DNA of 64,000 nt from Ophelia neglecta (lineage: Eukaryota). This document shows, in pieces, positions 47,777 to 61,400 of this stretch. The stretch is from the NCBI GenBank assembly GCA_965285935.1, contig OZ260662.1:70246001-70310000 (forward strand), written 5' to 3'. The position numbers were made by a program, and so were the translations under genes. How positions within the stretch are numbered: position 1 is the first letter of the stretch; every line of letters begins with the position of its first letter. The notes beneath the pieces are model-generated. The model had not been told where the DNA came from. It made no database searches and saw only the letters and a list, made by a program, of their open reading frames with translations.

Positions 47777-50700
47777 CGGTCAGGCGAAAACACCGGAATA
47801 ACCTTTGAATACCGAAATAACCCGGAATAACCTCTAAAAACTACATGTACCAATTTTGACGAAATAACCCCTTAATCATGTTTGGTATTGATATTATAGT
47901 ATGTTTAGATCCTTTTTGTTTCGATAAACGCTTTTCCTTTGACATGTATTCAACTTAACACATTAAGATTTATGCCCGGTTTTGCACAGAAAAATGGCTG
48001 CTATATCATATAGATAATTGTGTTTTCAGGTGGTCTTAGAGCAAAATATCAGTGAAGAAAACGCTGTTTTGAGACAACGACCTTAGGAAGTTCTTTGCAA
48101 TGGAAAGATAAATATTCACAGAACCTATTCCTTTTACATTTAGATTCCCATATTAATGGGCAATATTTAGCAAAAAAAAAAAACTACGGTCTAGTTCGAA
48201 AACTTTGTGCAGGAACGGCCAGTACCTATCACCACATTACCTACCCCCTTAATATAAAATATGGAGAATTCGCAAAAATATTTATTATGATTAATCTAAG
48301 AGGCCTAGACTTTCTAATTATCCATGGTGACTAAATTGGGGTCAATGAGACTAATTCATGGAGATTATCACAGGCCTTGTTATCACATTTTTGTAGCAAT
48401 TCCTACAGTTTTGTACTGGGTTGCTTTTATTAACAGCGACAGGAGGTGGTGTTGCAATTTTTAATTTTCACACTGATTCTTATTTCCTGATATTCTTTTT
48501 TTTATTCTTTCCTTCCGATACCTTTTCCAGGTGCTACATTGGTGAAAGATGACAGGCCATACTGGTAGGCCCAATATGAATAAATGATTTATTTTCCAAA
48601 TTGAATAACTGTGATTCAATTGATGGTGTTCTTGTAGTCCATACACATATATGCAATTAACCGGCAGTAAGTTGTTTTGCTGTTTATGAACAAATTTTAA
48701 AAAATTAATTTTTTACCAGGCTGATTTTTACCAAAGTTATGGCAGCGCATATTGTCTGACAGTATACAGGCCATACTAAATTTATGGACTTCATTGTACT
48801 GTGTCAGTGCTAAAGGATTTTATTTTGATTTTCTTTTTAAATGTGCAGGAAAACTAACTGCCAGCAAATGAAGGAAGTGTGACCCTACAATATCAGCTTT
48901 GTTAACTGGAGTAAACAGTCACTTTGCACAGGCATGTGCATGTCTGCGCTGGGGGGATGTTATCTCACGGAGGGGCTGTTTGTGTACTGTTAGGGATGGA
49001 TACAGGGACCTTGTTTACACACAGGCATGTCTGAGGTGGGTGGATGTTATCACACAGAGGGCTTTTATGAGGGGAGGTAAGGGGGTTCTCAGGTACCAGT
49101 TTGAAAAAAAGGAATAAGGTATTTTCCACTTCCCGATAAATTAAAATAGAGATTCCTGATACACGGAAAAATTAAACAGAACATTCAGTCCCAGTAAATT
49201 CAAATCCTTGATCCCGAATCACAGTCAATTGTCTGACTGTGAATCCCGATTCACAAAAAATAAACCTCAAATTCCCAGTCCACAAATAATTAAAAAGGCA
49301 GATTCTGAGGGTCGGAAATACCCCTTACCTCTCCCCCTTTATGTACTGTGAGGGATGGAGACAGGCACCGTTTTTACACAATGGGATGGGCCGGGTGAGA
49401 TTGTTTTCACACTGGTTCAGAGAACTGTGTTCAGCAGATACCAAATCTGGGTTGGGAGGGGTCCGTAGGTTGGACGATCTTAAGTTTAGTGAAGTATAGT
49501 AATTGCTAAAGCTAGCTAGATAAAAATGATGAAAGGTTAATAATAAATACATTATCAATAAATATATATTTATATATTTTCAATTCCCAATTTTAGATTT
49601 CATACACGAACAAAACCAGCACAAGGCCCAGGTTAACTGGGGATTATTAAATTCAGAAATTGCCATTTAATAACAGCCTTTAAAGGCTTAAATATCTTTA
49701 AAGGGATACTATATAGTGCCAAAAGAAGGCAAGAACAGTTATACATCATTTTAGTTTTGAAAGTTTTACTTAGCCATTTACTTGTTTTTGTCACTCCTCA
49801 TTTTGATAGGTTTGCGAATGACAATAGTCGTTATAATGTTTGAACAGTGACCCTGGATCTGGTTGCAATTGATTGAGAACTCTTTGACAGCCAGTGAACA
49901 GGATTAAGTATAAATAATAAGAATTTGGTTTCAGATAATTTCTAGAAAACCTCATTGGACAGTTATTAACTGCAATTATGTTGAAGTTGTCATAAAAAGA
50001 GGATTTTTTCTGTTTCAGTCCAGTGTCATACAGAGAAATCTTTATGCCACTACCCACCAGTAACTGATGAATAAGGAGCAAGATCGAAGATTGAGAATAC
50101 TAAGAATTGTTGCCCTAATACAAGTTTGAGAGACTGAGCTGGATTTAGCAGCATAGAAGCTTGGCAGATTGAGCTTGAGTTATCAGCTTAGTAGTTTTAG
50201 ACAGTTTCATATTAGCTGTTATACCAAGTCATTAATCTTACAACTGTATTCCAAGCTGTCTTAGCAGTGTAGAAGTTACCAGCATACAAGTTTTAGAGAA
50301 TTCAATTTATCTATTTGCTGTTATACCAGACAATTTCCTTTGTCAGTATATCTGTGCTCCAAATTGTTTTTACCTGGAAGGTTTGACTTGGTTTTGCAAA
50401 CAACACAGTGGACATCACACAAGGTTAGTGCTTTTATTTACACAGATAAATGTTTGTCTGTTCATGGGTGTTGTTGCAATGTATATTAATTCATTGTCTT
50501 AAATTAATATTCCAAAAAGAGAAAAACAAATGTTAATGGCAATGAGACAACTTTGGTCTTACATAAAACATACACAGATTAAAATTAAATATACAGAGCT
50601 TAAATTATTTCACACATTTTTTTATTATTATATATTTTGATTCTGATGAGTTAATTGTGTTTTTAACTAAACATTTAATGTCTGACAATTTCCAATTTTT

Positions 50701-52029
50701 ATCTTTGCAGGAAGGGACCTCCATGTGGTATTTCATTAGTCTGTCATGTTTTTGAATATTTGAAACAAAATGTGATACATTTGATGGTTAATTGTAGATG
50801 GATGCGTCAGCTGTTATCAATTACCTAGCTAATGATAAAGATTTATTACAGTTTATTAAAAGCATGGCCATAGTACATAGAATTGGAAATCATAGAATTA
50901 TATATCGCCAAGAGTCGATAAAGTTTGAATATATACACAGCTCATTACGATAAAAGTCTACATATAAATGTGCATTTAATTATTTTTTTTAGAGTCTAAC
51001 CTAACAACTGTATTTCCTTAGGGCTGTTCCATTTGGAAAAATGAGGAGGGGTTGCAACTGGAGCATTTTCTTTCTGCGTCCCCTCCAGCACAAGAACAAA
51101 TAGCTGTTGGGGGAAGTTCTAATTTATTGGGTCATATGATTTTTATAAGATATCAAGAGTCTGGACAAATGTTGTCATGTCTACCAGATACAACTCATAT
51201 TTACTAGTCCATATTATGTTCACCCAAGGTCAATTTTCTTTGTCAAAAAATAAAACAAAACTCTCAGAACAAGACTTAGTATTAGTGAGTGGAAACGCTA
51301 TTCAGACATAATGGTCCCAACGCTAATATTTTCTGCACTGTTGTGACCTGTCAATACCACGAGACATATGTACTAATCAAGGAATAGGCAGTGCCCCCCT
51401 CGGGCATGCACCACTAACCACTTTTTTTCTGTACATGGGTGTTTTATTGTTTAGCCTAGGCATGTCACTTGTTACCCATCTGGATTACAACATTGCTCAC
51501 TTTGTATTTGTCACCTTATTCTCTGATATTGAATTGTAAACTAAAAACCAATGCCCAAAAATGAAATACATTTGAATGAATAAAAGTGACATGCCAAGAT
51601 ATTTGACCAGAAAGGCATATCTCCCGGCTGATGTGCCCTTGGGTAAGCTAATGGGTCACTAACATGTTAAAAGGACGAAAACAGAGTGATCACAATATTT
51701 AATTTAACATAAATTTGAATGATTGAACAGATGCCTGGACAAATAGTTGCCTTCCAAGCAAGTTGAATATACCCGAGTGCTGACACCTAGCGATTAATGG
51801 TGATATAGCGGCTAATTTGCTGTACCAGACCGGGCATAGATAGTGTTAAAGTTGATTAATGTCAAGGGAAAGGCTTTATCGATTCAAAAAACATCTAAAC
51901 TTACTACATAATAACTGCCGAACATGATTAAGTGCAAATTCGACAAAATTAATAGTCATTAGAGGTTATTCCGGGTTATTCCGGGTTATTTCGGTATTTT
52001 AAAGGTTATTCCGGTGTTTCCCCTGACGC
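47777..52029. mobile_element. 4.25-kb non-autonomous DNA transposon (Mutator/fold-back-like) with ~230-bp TIRs
   Basis: 47777-48010 is a diverged reverse complement of 51800-52029 (gtcagg..aaacaccggaataaccttt..ataccgaaataacccggaataacctctaa...). Flanks ACCGAGTAT (47768-47776) and ACCAGGTAT (52030-52038) are a 7/9 match TSD. No transposase ORF inside. Confidence 0.8.
49070..49337. mobile_element. Small MITE nested in an ~85-bp minisatellite
   Basis: Termini ggggaggtaagggg...ccccttacctctcccc; TTTATG duplicated on both sides; interrupts copy 2 of a repeat spanning ~48925-49410. Confidence 0.65.
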
Positions 52030-52399
52030 ACCAGGTATGGTTCCGGAATATGGAGAACTGTAAAAGATGTTATTTTTTTCTAAGTGCCAAACAAGAATCG
52101 AAACAAAAATCATGCACCGAAAGGCTCAGAAAGGCACAAAAAGGAAAACTGTATGTGGAGATGACAACGACGGGATGATGAGTTTGTTTGTATAGTAAAT
52201 TGGATCGTTTTGTCTGTAATAAACAGGCAGTATATAAGGTAGGCCTACCCTTGGAAAATGAATAGTCGCAAAATAAGTTTATTATTATCATAATATGTGG
52301 ATATATGCTGTTAAACTCCAGGTTGAAAGTACGAGGGCCCTATTCTTACGCCGAGGCATATCCCTTACCGTACTTACGTAGTGCTAAGCACTGGTTACA

Positions 52400-53166
52400 C
52401 GGTAGGAGTAAACACTGAAACCGACCGAAACCGAGAAAAAACACCGAAACCAGGGCCAATCTGGTAGTTACTTGGTTGAATTGCTTATGGACGTGGGTAA
52501 TAGATGAACAATTTCCCAGGCGCTTGGCACACCTGTTTTCATTTTAGTATGCCAAAAAACAAATGTACGATGTAATGTGCGGACACCGACAGATCGGTGG
52601 CCATGACACTTCTAGGCCCCTGGTTGGGCCATCTGGTGGCGACGTCGGTGTCGTGGAAATTGTCGTGGAGTCTCTGGCCAGTAGTGTTCAGCGAGTCCCG
52701 CCCTCTGGTGCCATTTTCACATGTAAGCGAATGTAAACATTGAGACATTTTGACAGATATAGTTTGACAGCTCCGTGTAAGTGAACTCTGTCTGATTAAT
52801 CTAAGTTAAAATATGTTAACATGAAACAGTAGCCTTTAAAACTGCTCTGCTATGGATGTATGACAGACTGGCATGCAGTGTAAGTAGGCTAATCTATAGC
52901 CTACCAGAGGGCCCCACCAGGGGACTACAAGTGTCATGCCCACCGATCAGCCGATGTCCGCACATTACATTGTAAATTTGTTTTTTGGCATACTAAAATG
53001 AAAACAGGCGTGCCAAGCGCCTGGGAAATTGTTCGTCTACAAATATTACCCACGTCCATAACCAATTCAACCAAGTAACTACCAGATCGGCCCCGGTTTC
53101 AGAGGGTTTCGGTGTTTCTTCTCGGTTTTGGTTGGTTTCGGTCGGTTTCGGTGTTTACCCTTACCC
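52400..53166. mobile_element. 767-bp fold-back MITE (Mutator-like)
   Basis: Long TIRs (52400-52640 vs 52900-53166) with accgaaacc subrepeats; perfect 9-bp TSD CTGGTTACA at 52391-52399 and 53167-53175. Confidence 0.92.
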
Positions 53167-53365
53167 CTGGTTACATGCTAAAATAAGCATTTTCAACGCT
53201 CGATTGTCACTTAACTTTATTGCATAAAAAAGGAATGATATGGAATTCTAATTCTTCCTGATTAAACGGTAATTACAGTTGAAAACACATTTGAATTTGG
53301 TTAAGTTAAAAGCTTACAGAGTAATTACCATAGAAAATAAAGCAACTTGACAGCAACTTCACCGA

Positions 53366-53900
53366 TAGTCCTAGATTCCTCTGCCTCTTACACCACGACC
53401 ATGAGTAACGTTTTATATGGCATGGTCTCGTTTAGAGTCAGAGATACTCCTGTATAAAAACACGCAAATTTTGCGCATACACGGACACAAGCGAAAAGAA
53501 TTGAAATACATATCTGCCATCGATCGATTCCTCAGATATTTGCCTCGACGTACGAATACTCCCGAAAGTGCTTATTGGCATTTTTCACACTCTTTTGAGC
53601 CTCAAAACATCATTGTTTACATTCCGCTGCCAGCCATCAGCGACTAGATCACATATCAGTGACGTAGTACACAAGTGACACGCAATTGTCATACTTTGAC
53701 GGGGGTCGTCTCAAAGTGCCGTTTCTATCCTTTTTGCTTGTGTCCGTGAAACTTGCAGAAAGCGGTTAGGGGGCCGCATCCAAGGTGGATGCGCAAAATT
53801 TGCGTGTTTTTATACAGGAGTATCTCCGACTCTAAACGAGACATGCCATATAAAAAGTTACTCGTGGTCGTGGTGTAAGAGGCAGAGGAATCTCGGACTA
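53366..53900. mobile_element. 535-bp fold-back MITE with TAG...CTA ends
   Basis: TIRs ~140 bp (tagtcctagattcctctgcc... / ...ggcagaggaatctcggacta); 9-bp TSD CTTCACCGA (53357-53365) / CTTCACTGA (53901-53909), differing by one CpG transition. Confidence 0.9.
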
Positions 53901-54021
53901 CTTCACTGAGCGTGGATAAAGGAGTGATTTGTGATTTGCTGATCACCATGACCAACTGCACAAATATCCTCTTTCAAATAGGAGACTTACAAGTTTTTTG
54001 GCAATTCGTCCATACACCTAC

Positions 54022-54120
54022 CAGGGTTGGCCGATTTAAATCACTCCAAAATCACTCCGATTAAAATCATTCCAAAAAAATCATATTTTATGTTTTTTTG
54101 TTTTTGTTGATATGAACATG
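54022..54120 (+). mobile_element. Possible hAT-type element end
   Basis: CAGGGTTGGCCGATTTAAATCA followed by repeated aaaatca motifs; matching opposite end not confidently found. Confidence 0.35.
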
Positions 54121-55401
54121 ATTAAAAAAATATTGAATTCAAGAAATGCATGGTGTCTGAATAATGCTTCAAAACACCTATTACCACTGTCAATTAGGTA
54201 ATCCAATTAAAACAATGGAGACTATCTCCCTGTCACTCCCTGTTTCATGTCTCATTTCCTGGCGTCCAGTTAAATTGTTTAACCTTTCAAGGCTGTTCGC
54301 TTTGCTGGAGACCTTATGTTCACCAGACTAGACACCTGCCATTGATGGTCTTGTGCTTGGGTTGTTATCACTGGCCAGGAATATTGAAAAAAAAGATAAT
54401 CAAATCACTGTGACAGCTTGCAAAATGGCCATGAATATAGTGTAATTAAGAAAAATCTTCCTTAGCCTATTTTATTTTTGTTGCCTAATCCCATTAGTCA
54501 CAAGATATATTAAAGGTATAGTACCTACGTTAAGCAGTGAAACCTTGAAGGTGTCTAGTGACATTTGATCATGATGTAAACTTTCATTGGGTTTTTGAGC
54601 GAATGCTCTAAACCCGCCTTGTTTACCTGAGTATTTGGTTATATTTCTTTTGAGAAAAAAGCAAAGTACAAATAATGGAGAAAAAGCAGGTTTTGATGTG
54701 TGAGAAAATGAAAGTAAGATTGATAAAATGAAAGTAAATATATGACATTTTCTACTGAAAAAAGGGCACAGGAGAAATTGACAATTGTGATTGAATTGAA
54801 AACGCCCCCTCTATTTTATGTCATTATCAATCCTAAATCAGATTGTTTTCTTTGTTTTTTTCCCAGCCTATCAGACGCAAAGTCTGATTTTTTTTTTATC
54901 AAAACAGACATAAGGCTTTGTTATTTTGTTAGAATAGATAGTTCATCTTTAAGAACTCAATGAAGTTGCTGACCTTTGGGTCAAACTTCCCTTTTGTGAT
55001 TTTAAACATCTGGACATTCAAACAAATACACTGATTATTCAATTCTCCTAGTGAAAGTTATATTTCTACATCATGTACCTGTCTTGTTTATTGTGTAAAC
55101 CATTTTGATAACTTAAGCCATCACTTAAAATGTATCTGTTATTATTAAACTATATTTATTTAACTGCCTGTGATCTTCAAACAAAAGCCATAGTTTTATG
55201 TGGAGTTATTGTTAAAACAATATTTTTTTTAATTGCCAGTAAACTTCAAACAACAAAATTTAATACAAATCTCTCCTTTTTTTCAGATTAAATTTGAAGG
55301 ATATTACTCTATTCTACAGATTACTGTTATCACATTGATAACATGTCCTAAATATTATTTTCTCAGTAAGTTTATGTTGATTGAAGCATAACAAACTGAC
55401 C

Positions 55402-58400
55402 ATGCCAATACAGGCCCCCCAATGGACGGAGTTTTTGTCCTGTCCAATATGTTACAACATGTTTGATGAGAGCCTTTTCCGGCCGATAAGTCTTGGTTGT
55501 GGTCACACAGTATGCAAGACCTGTCTCTCGAAATTACATCAGAAAAAGTGTCCGTTTGACCAGAATATGATAACGAGGGCCATTGATGAGCTACCAGTGA
55601 ATTTTGCACTGCTGCAATTGGTGGGAGTGGCAGTGCCTGACACCCAGGAGAATATCAGCGCTGATGGCTTGGCAGAAAACATCACCTACTACAACAGCAC
55701 CAAGAAATGTATTGAGGAGCTAGCTATATACCTAAAACCAGTCTCAAATTGTAAGTTCTAAACTATTTTTACTATCTACTTCTTGTTAAATTCAGTTGTT
55801 GCCCCCTTTCCCCTTATATTTGTTGCCATTCCTTCCACTGCCAGAAGCCTGTTTCCATGAAAATAGTTCTTCTGTGATGTCTCCCATGCATGCACATGGT
55901 CATATTAAACTGAAACTAGAGGACAAATCAAATGGCAGTCAAAGACGGTGTTGCCAAGCTTAATGACTTGTGCTTTGCTGTGTAAGTATAATGTAAGAAA
56001 TTCATTCAATAAGAAAAATTGATATGTTCATTGTGTCAGCAATAAAAAATGATGGCATAATTTTAATTATAAAACTGTTTAGATTAAGGTTTTGGTGAGT
56101 TGAGCCCTGATCACAGCAATGATCAGATGATCCCAATGTTCTGATCACAGAAGTGATCAAATTGTCCCTATTACCAGGGAAATGATCTGATCACATATAT
56201 GATTAAACAGCCTCAATGATGTGAGCCCTGATCACAGCCATAATCAAACTGTCCCAATGGTCCCAACGTTTTGCAATATTAAGTGTTAAATTTTGTACCC
56301 GAGTTTTCGCCATTTGCACCTGGGTTTTAAGCTACTAGAGGTCTATTGATCCCGGCGCAAAGGGCAAACAAAGACAGAGGTGTGACTCCAAGCCAGTAAG
56401 CTGTGAAACAAGCCATGCGGGTGTGACAGTTTTGACTAGGAATTTAAACAAATCAATATATTATAATAACCTTTTTAAAAGTAGGGGACATCGGTTTGGT
56501 TCGGTCAATCCATTGGGTTGTAAAAACAGAGGGCAGATAACCAGAAGGGCACTGCATTTGACACAGCCATATCCTGATTGCATATACCTTGCCCCTTTGT
56601 CCTTCTAGCCAATTCTGAATTATCAGGACCACTCACTCCGAACCCATACTATTCAGTGGGAGAGACTGTACTTCTTTTTTCTGTATCAATAATTACCATA
56701 CATGTAGTTTAACTTATGTTAATTGAATTTAGCAACAGCATCAGCATCCACAGCCAGCTCAACCACACCTATACTGAGCCGACCAATGCAGAGGAAGCTT
56801 GTCACCTTGGTGAACTGTCAGTTGATTGAAGAGGAGGGCCGATCCCGAGCCATGAGGGCAGCCAGATCCTTAGGAGAGAGGACGGTCACTGAGCTGATCT
56901 TACAGCACCAAAACCCTCAGCAGCTATCTGCCAACCTGTGGGCTGCTGTCAGAGCAAGGGGCTGCCAGTTTCTTGGTCCTGGTAAGGAACATGCATAATA
57001 CTCAAAGATACTATTGTCTAATATGAAAACTTTTGGAAAATTTTAAAGAATATCAACTGCAACACAATGGAAAATATTCTGCTTTCCACAACAGATAAAA
57101 AGGTTGTTTGTTTAATTTTCAAGAAATAACAGGGTTGTTTGTATACACTATTTTTGTTTACAGCCATGCAAGAAGAAGTTTTAAAGTTGATTTTGCTAGC
57201 CTTAGAAGATGGTTCTGCTCTGTCCAGAAAAGTTCTTGTGCTGTTTGTTGTACAAAGACTTGAGGCTCAGTACCCACAGGCATCTAAAACAGCTATAGGC
57301 CATGTTGTTCAACTTCTTTATAGAGCTTCTTGTTTCAAGGTATTACAATTGGTGATCATGTACTATCATATTTTGTGACCTAGTATTTTTTCAGGAATTA
57401 TTCCAATTAATTTGGTAACAGTTTAAGATATTATTTTAAAGAATACCTGAATAAATTTGGTATATAACCTTAATGGAACCACATAGAATTATTATTTTAT
57501 ACTGTTGGAATATGAAATAGGAGTTATGTTTTGTTCTTAATGTCTTAATCTTTCTCTAATGTCTGCATTATGAGTTAAATGTGCATCATTGACAAAATGT
57601 ACAGGTAACTAAGAGAGAAGAAGAATCTTCGCTGATGCAGCTAAAGGAGGAGTTTAGGACCTACGAGGCCTTGCGGAGGGAGCATGATGCTCAGATTGTA
57701 CAGATAGCCACCGAAGCTGGTTTAAGAATATCTCCAGAACAGTGGTCCTCACTGCTTTATGGGGATACAGCACACAAGTCTCATATGCAGTCCATCATTG
57801 ACAAGGTTGTTGTTACAATATATTCTAGTGTGACCATTGCTCTAATAAAAATACAATTCTGAGTTGGAAAGACCATCACCAAAGTGAAATGATATAAGCA
57901 AAGAAGCATTCCTATTACTATAATAAGTTTGGTAATTTCAAGAAATTTCTTAATGGCATTCCTATAATTCAACTGACTGTCCTCAGCTAAATCAAATATT
58001 GGTGACAGTTGCAGACTCCTCAGTCTTTTGCCCAGAGTGTGAGTGAATTGGTTATAGCACTACAACGTACCAGTGACCCAGGCAACCTTTCTCGGCTGAG
58101 GACATACTTGGAGCTGCTGGCTAACATCGACCCCAGTCCTGGTTGGTTTTCAGAAACCCTTTTTTCCTAATTTGACAAAGAAAAAGTTGCTTGTATACTG
58201 ATCAATGTACTCTAAAAGACTTAAGAAGATATATATTTTAGAAAGTTTGTACTATTTTTCATTAAAATTACAAACTGTGGTGCAATATTAAACATATGAG
58301 AAATTAAGTTGGTCAAAACTCTTGTAGGAACTGTATTAACTGTTTTGAGTGCCAATGGCTCCTTTACTCACTGTAGTTTACGAAATATCTAAACACCTGC

Positions 58401-61400
58401 TGTCATCTGTGTGTGGATGACAAGATATCTCTATTCTACCCAATCATACAAGAGATGCAGACATTCATCATCTTTAATAACCCCTTCAGAGTTCTCAATA
58501 TAGTTGTTACTGTGCTGTTTTGTCCCCAGATGCCCCTGCCCCATCATGGGAAAACTTGGAAGCAGTGCTTAAGGCTGTTAAGACTGTAGTTGTTGGACTT
58601 GTGGACTTTATCACCACCCGAAATGTCCACAAACCTGAACCAGTGCCACTACACAACACCAAATACAAGACCAGCATGTGTCGTGATCTAACTCAGAAGG
58701 GCAGCTGTCCAAGAGGGACCAACTGTACCTTTGCACACTCACAGGATGAAATGGAAAAGTATTTCAAATTAAATAGCAGTTGAAATATTAACGAATGACA
58801 AACCTCCATTAAATATAAACAACATTTGGTTTTATATGGATTATTTCCATGAAATAATGAAATATGTTCTAAAAAATGTAAGGACACTATAAAAACCTAG
58901 CATGTATAGGAAGTGGAAACTCGTATCATCTTGTCCACCATCAGACATGATCCATAAATCATACAGTTGACTATGTTCTGATGTTTCATTGAAGGTATCG
59001 GGCAAGAAGTAAGAAAAGTTTGAAGCCGAATGTCTTGACTGTAAACCAAATGAAGGTTGTGACCTCCTCTTCATTGACAGCCAAGGAGCAGGCTGAGCTG
59101 GCCCTGGTTTCACGCACAGCTCAGGCCAAACTCTTCAATAGGGGTGTAGAGACAGAGTCTACCAACCCCACCAGCTCATCCCATCCACCATCAAATCTAA
59201 CAATCAGATCAAGAGATAGGTAGGTGCCCAAATATCTTCTGTCATACAAAACAATCCTGCTGCTTTTACTAGTAGTATTCTTTTGCAACCAACAATGACT
59301 GGAATAATCATAAATGGTAAAAGTAGCAGTAGTAGTATTTTTTATGTCATTCATTGTTGATGATTGTTAATTTGGTACAGATATTTTTTCCGTACTTCAT
59401 ATAAAAAATATGAATTGGTTTGAAATAAAATGGCCATAAAAATAAAAGGTTGGGTGGTATAATTGGCTCAGTCATTTTGCATACCTAACACTTAGGCTAA
59501 GTACAAGCATGTAATACAATTGTACGATGGGAACCATGAACCACCATGGATGACTAATATTCTTGACATAATTCTATCTACAAATAGCCTTTATGATTCC
59601 AGTTCCATTAATGAATGAGCAATACAGTGCTAGTTCATTTCAGAATTACCTTTGGCAAGGCACACCGTTAGTTCAGTAATGGACCTAGCAAGTTCTTATA
59701 TGAATATAGCAACATTGTTCAATAGCTTTTGCAGGATAGACTTTGGAAGAACTGGCAATTTCAATGTTCCAATTGCGAAGCCCTCTAGGTTGCCAATGAG
59801 AAGTAATGCTATTGCTAAGCAGACGATCTACTCTTCACCTGTACCTGATGCACATGTATCAGACTTCAAACCTGGCCCAATATCAACTCCACATCGGCTG
59901 CCTATCTATCAGCCACAAGTTACACACAGGACAGGTAAATATTGTTTACCCCTCATCAGGAATATCTACTTTATTATCAGCCAAAACAAGCCTAGTTCAT
60001 AAGTGTTGTTAATCAGTGCCAGTTTCATAATCGATCATCGGTTGTAGTAAATGTAAACGTCAGTCATCAGATATAATTGGTTTTTTATTATATTTGCTTG
60101 TCTCAGTTGGGAACTAACATATGCCATGAGGCAGGGACAGTTCTGATTATCTCCCATTTACTTGTCATTAAAAGAAATAACATGAATGCTGCTCTTTGTT
60201 TCACATGGAGCCAACGATATAAAAACAGTATAATTTATATACATGTATTGTAGTGTTACTGTAGGTCCTGGTTCATACATATAATCAATTTTTCTCATTC
60301 AAGTGCTTTGGTTACGCAAAATAAATAACCGACTTTTGAATATGCTGGATCATCATGACTACAGTACATTCAAAGCTATATATTCTATTTTAATTCAACT
60401 GCTGGTCACAGATCAGGCTTGATATTCAATTTAATGCAGATACGTGTGTATGTGTTGTAACAATTTAAGTCTTTTAATGATAGTTGAATACCTTGAGCAT
60501 GCATATGAGTATGAGCATTGTGCATAAACACATATTTTTTTTTTATGCAGAGAGTTTTATGAGTCAGGGTTTCAATGCAATGGTTGGCGTGGTTCCCTGT
60601 TCACCCGGTCACTCGTATATACAGGAGTCGAATGATCCTTATGCAAATATGACAGGCCCAAGAGAGAACATGAACACCAGACTTTCGACAGCCTATGCCA
60701 CTTCTGAAACCATGAGGAATACAGTGGCCCTACCCCCCAACCCTTACACCACAAACGACAACAGGCCCCAGATGAATGGAGCACAGCCGAATCATACAAG
60801 GGTAAGCAACAACATCACTGGTTGTCAAATATATTCTAAAGGACATAGCATGAACAAATTTGGTAAATGATTTATTGGTGATTTATCCTGTCAGGCTCAG
60901 TCACCTTCCCAGCAATTGGAGGAGCTCCATATGAGACGGAAAGAGTTGTTGTCCCAGCTCAGCAAATCCAAAGCCAACAAAGAAAGTGTGAACAGCCCAC
61001 CTCCTACTGGCGTATCTACCACCTCAGTTGGGCAGCCCATCTCCTCAGCCGTAGCCACCCTGGTCACAGATGACTTGTCCTCCTCAAGTATGAAGACAAC
61101 TGTACCAGAAAATCCAGCCTCGACAAATTCCCATCTAACGCCATCAGTGGCTGACAGTATGGCCACAACCCTCAGTGTAATGTCACTGGACAGGCAGCAG
61201 GAGAGCAGCATCTGGGGTAAGTCTCTACTTTGATAGGAAATCTATTTAGAAAATATATTACAGATGTCTACAACATGGAAAAAATGGGTTTCTATATATG
61301 AAAGTTGAGTTTAAAGTCTCTATTATTTTAAAAGATATTACATTTGCAGTCCAGTATGCTGACCAGGCTTCCAGTCTGTCTATGGATTCAGAGCCAGATG

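Noticed and set aside
53417-53961. Two ORFs sharing SRLESEILLYKNTQILRIH
   Set aside because: Artefact of the MITE inverted repeats, not duplicated genes.
55355-61211. Minus-strand ORFs over roquin exons
   Set aside because: Shadow ORFs of roquin.
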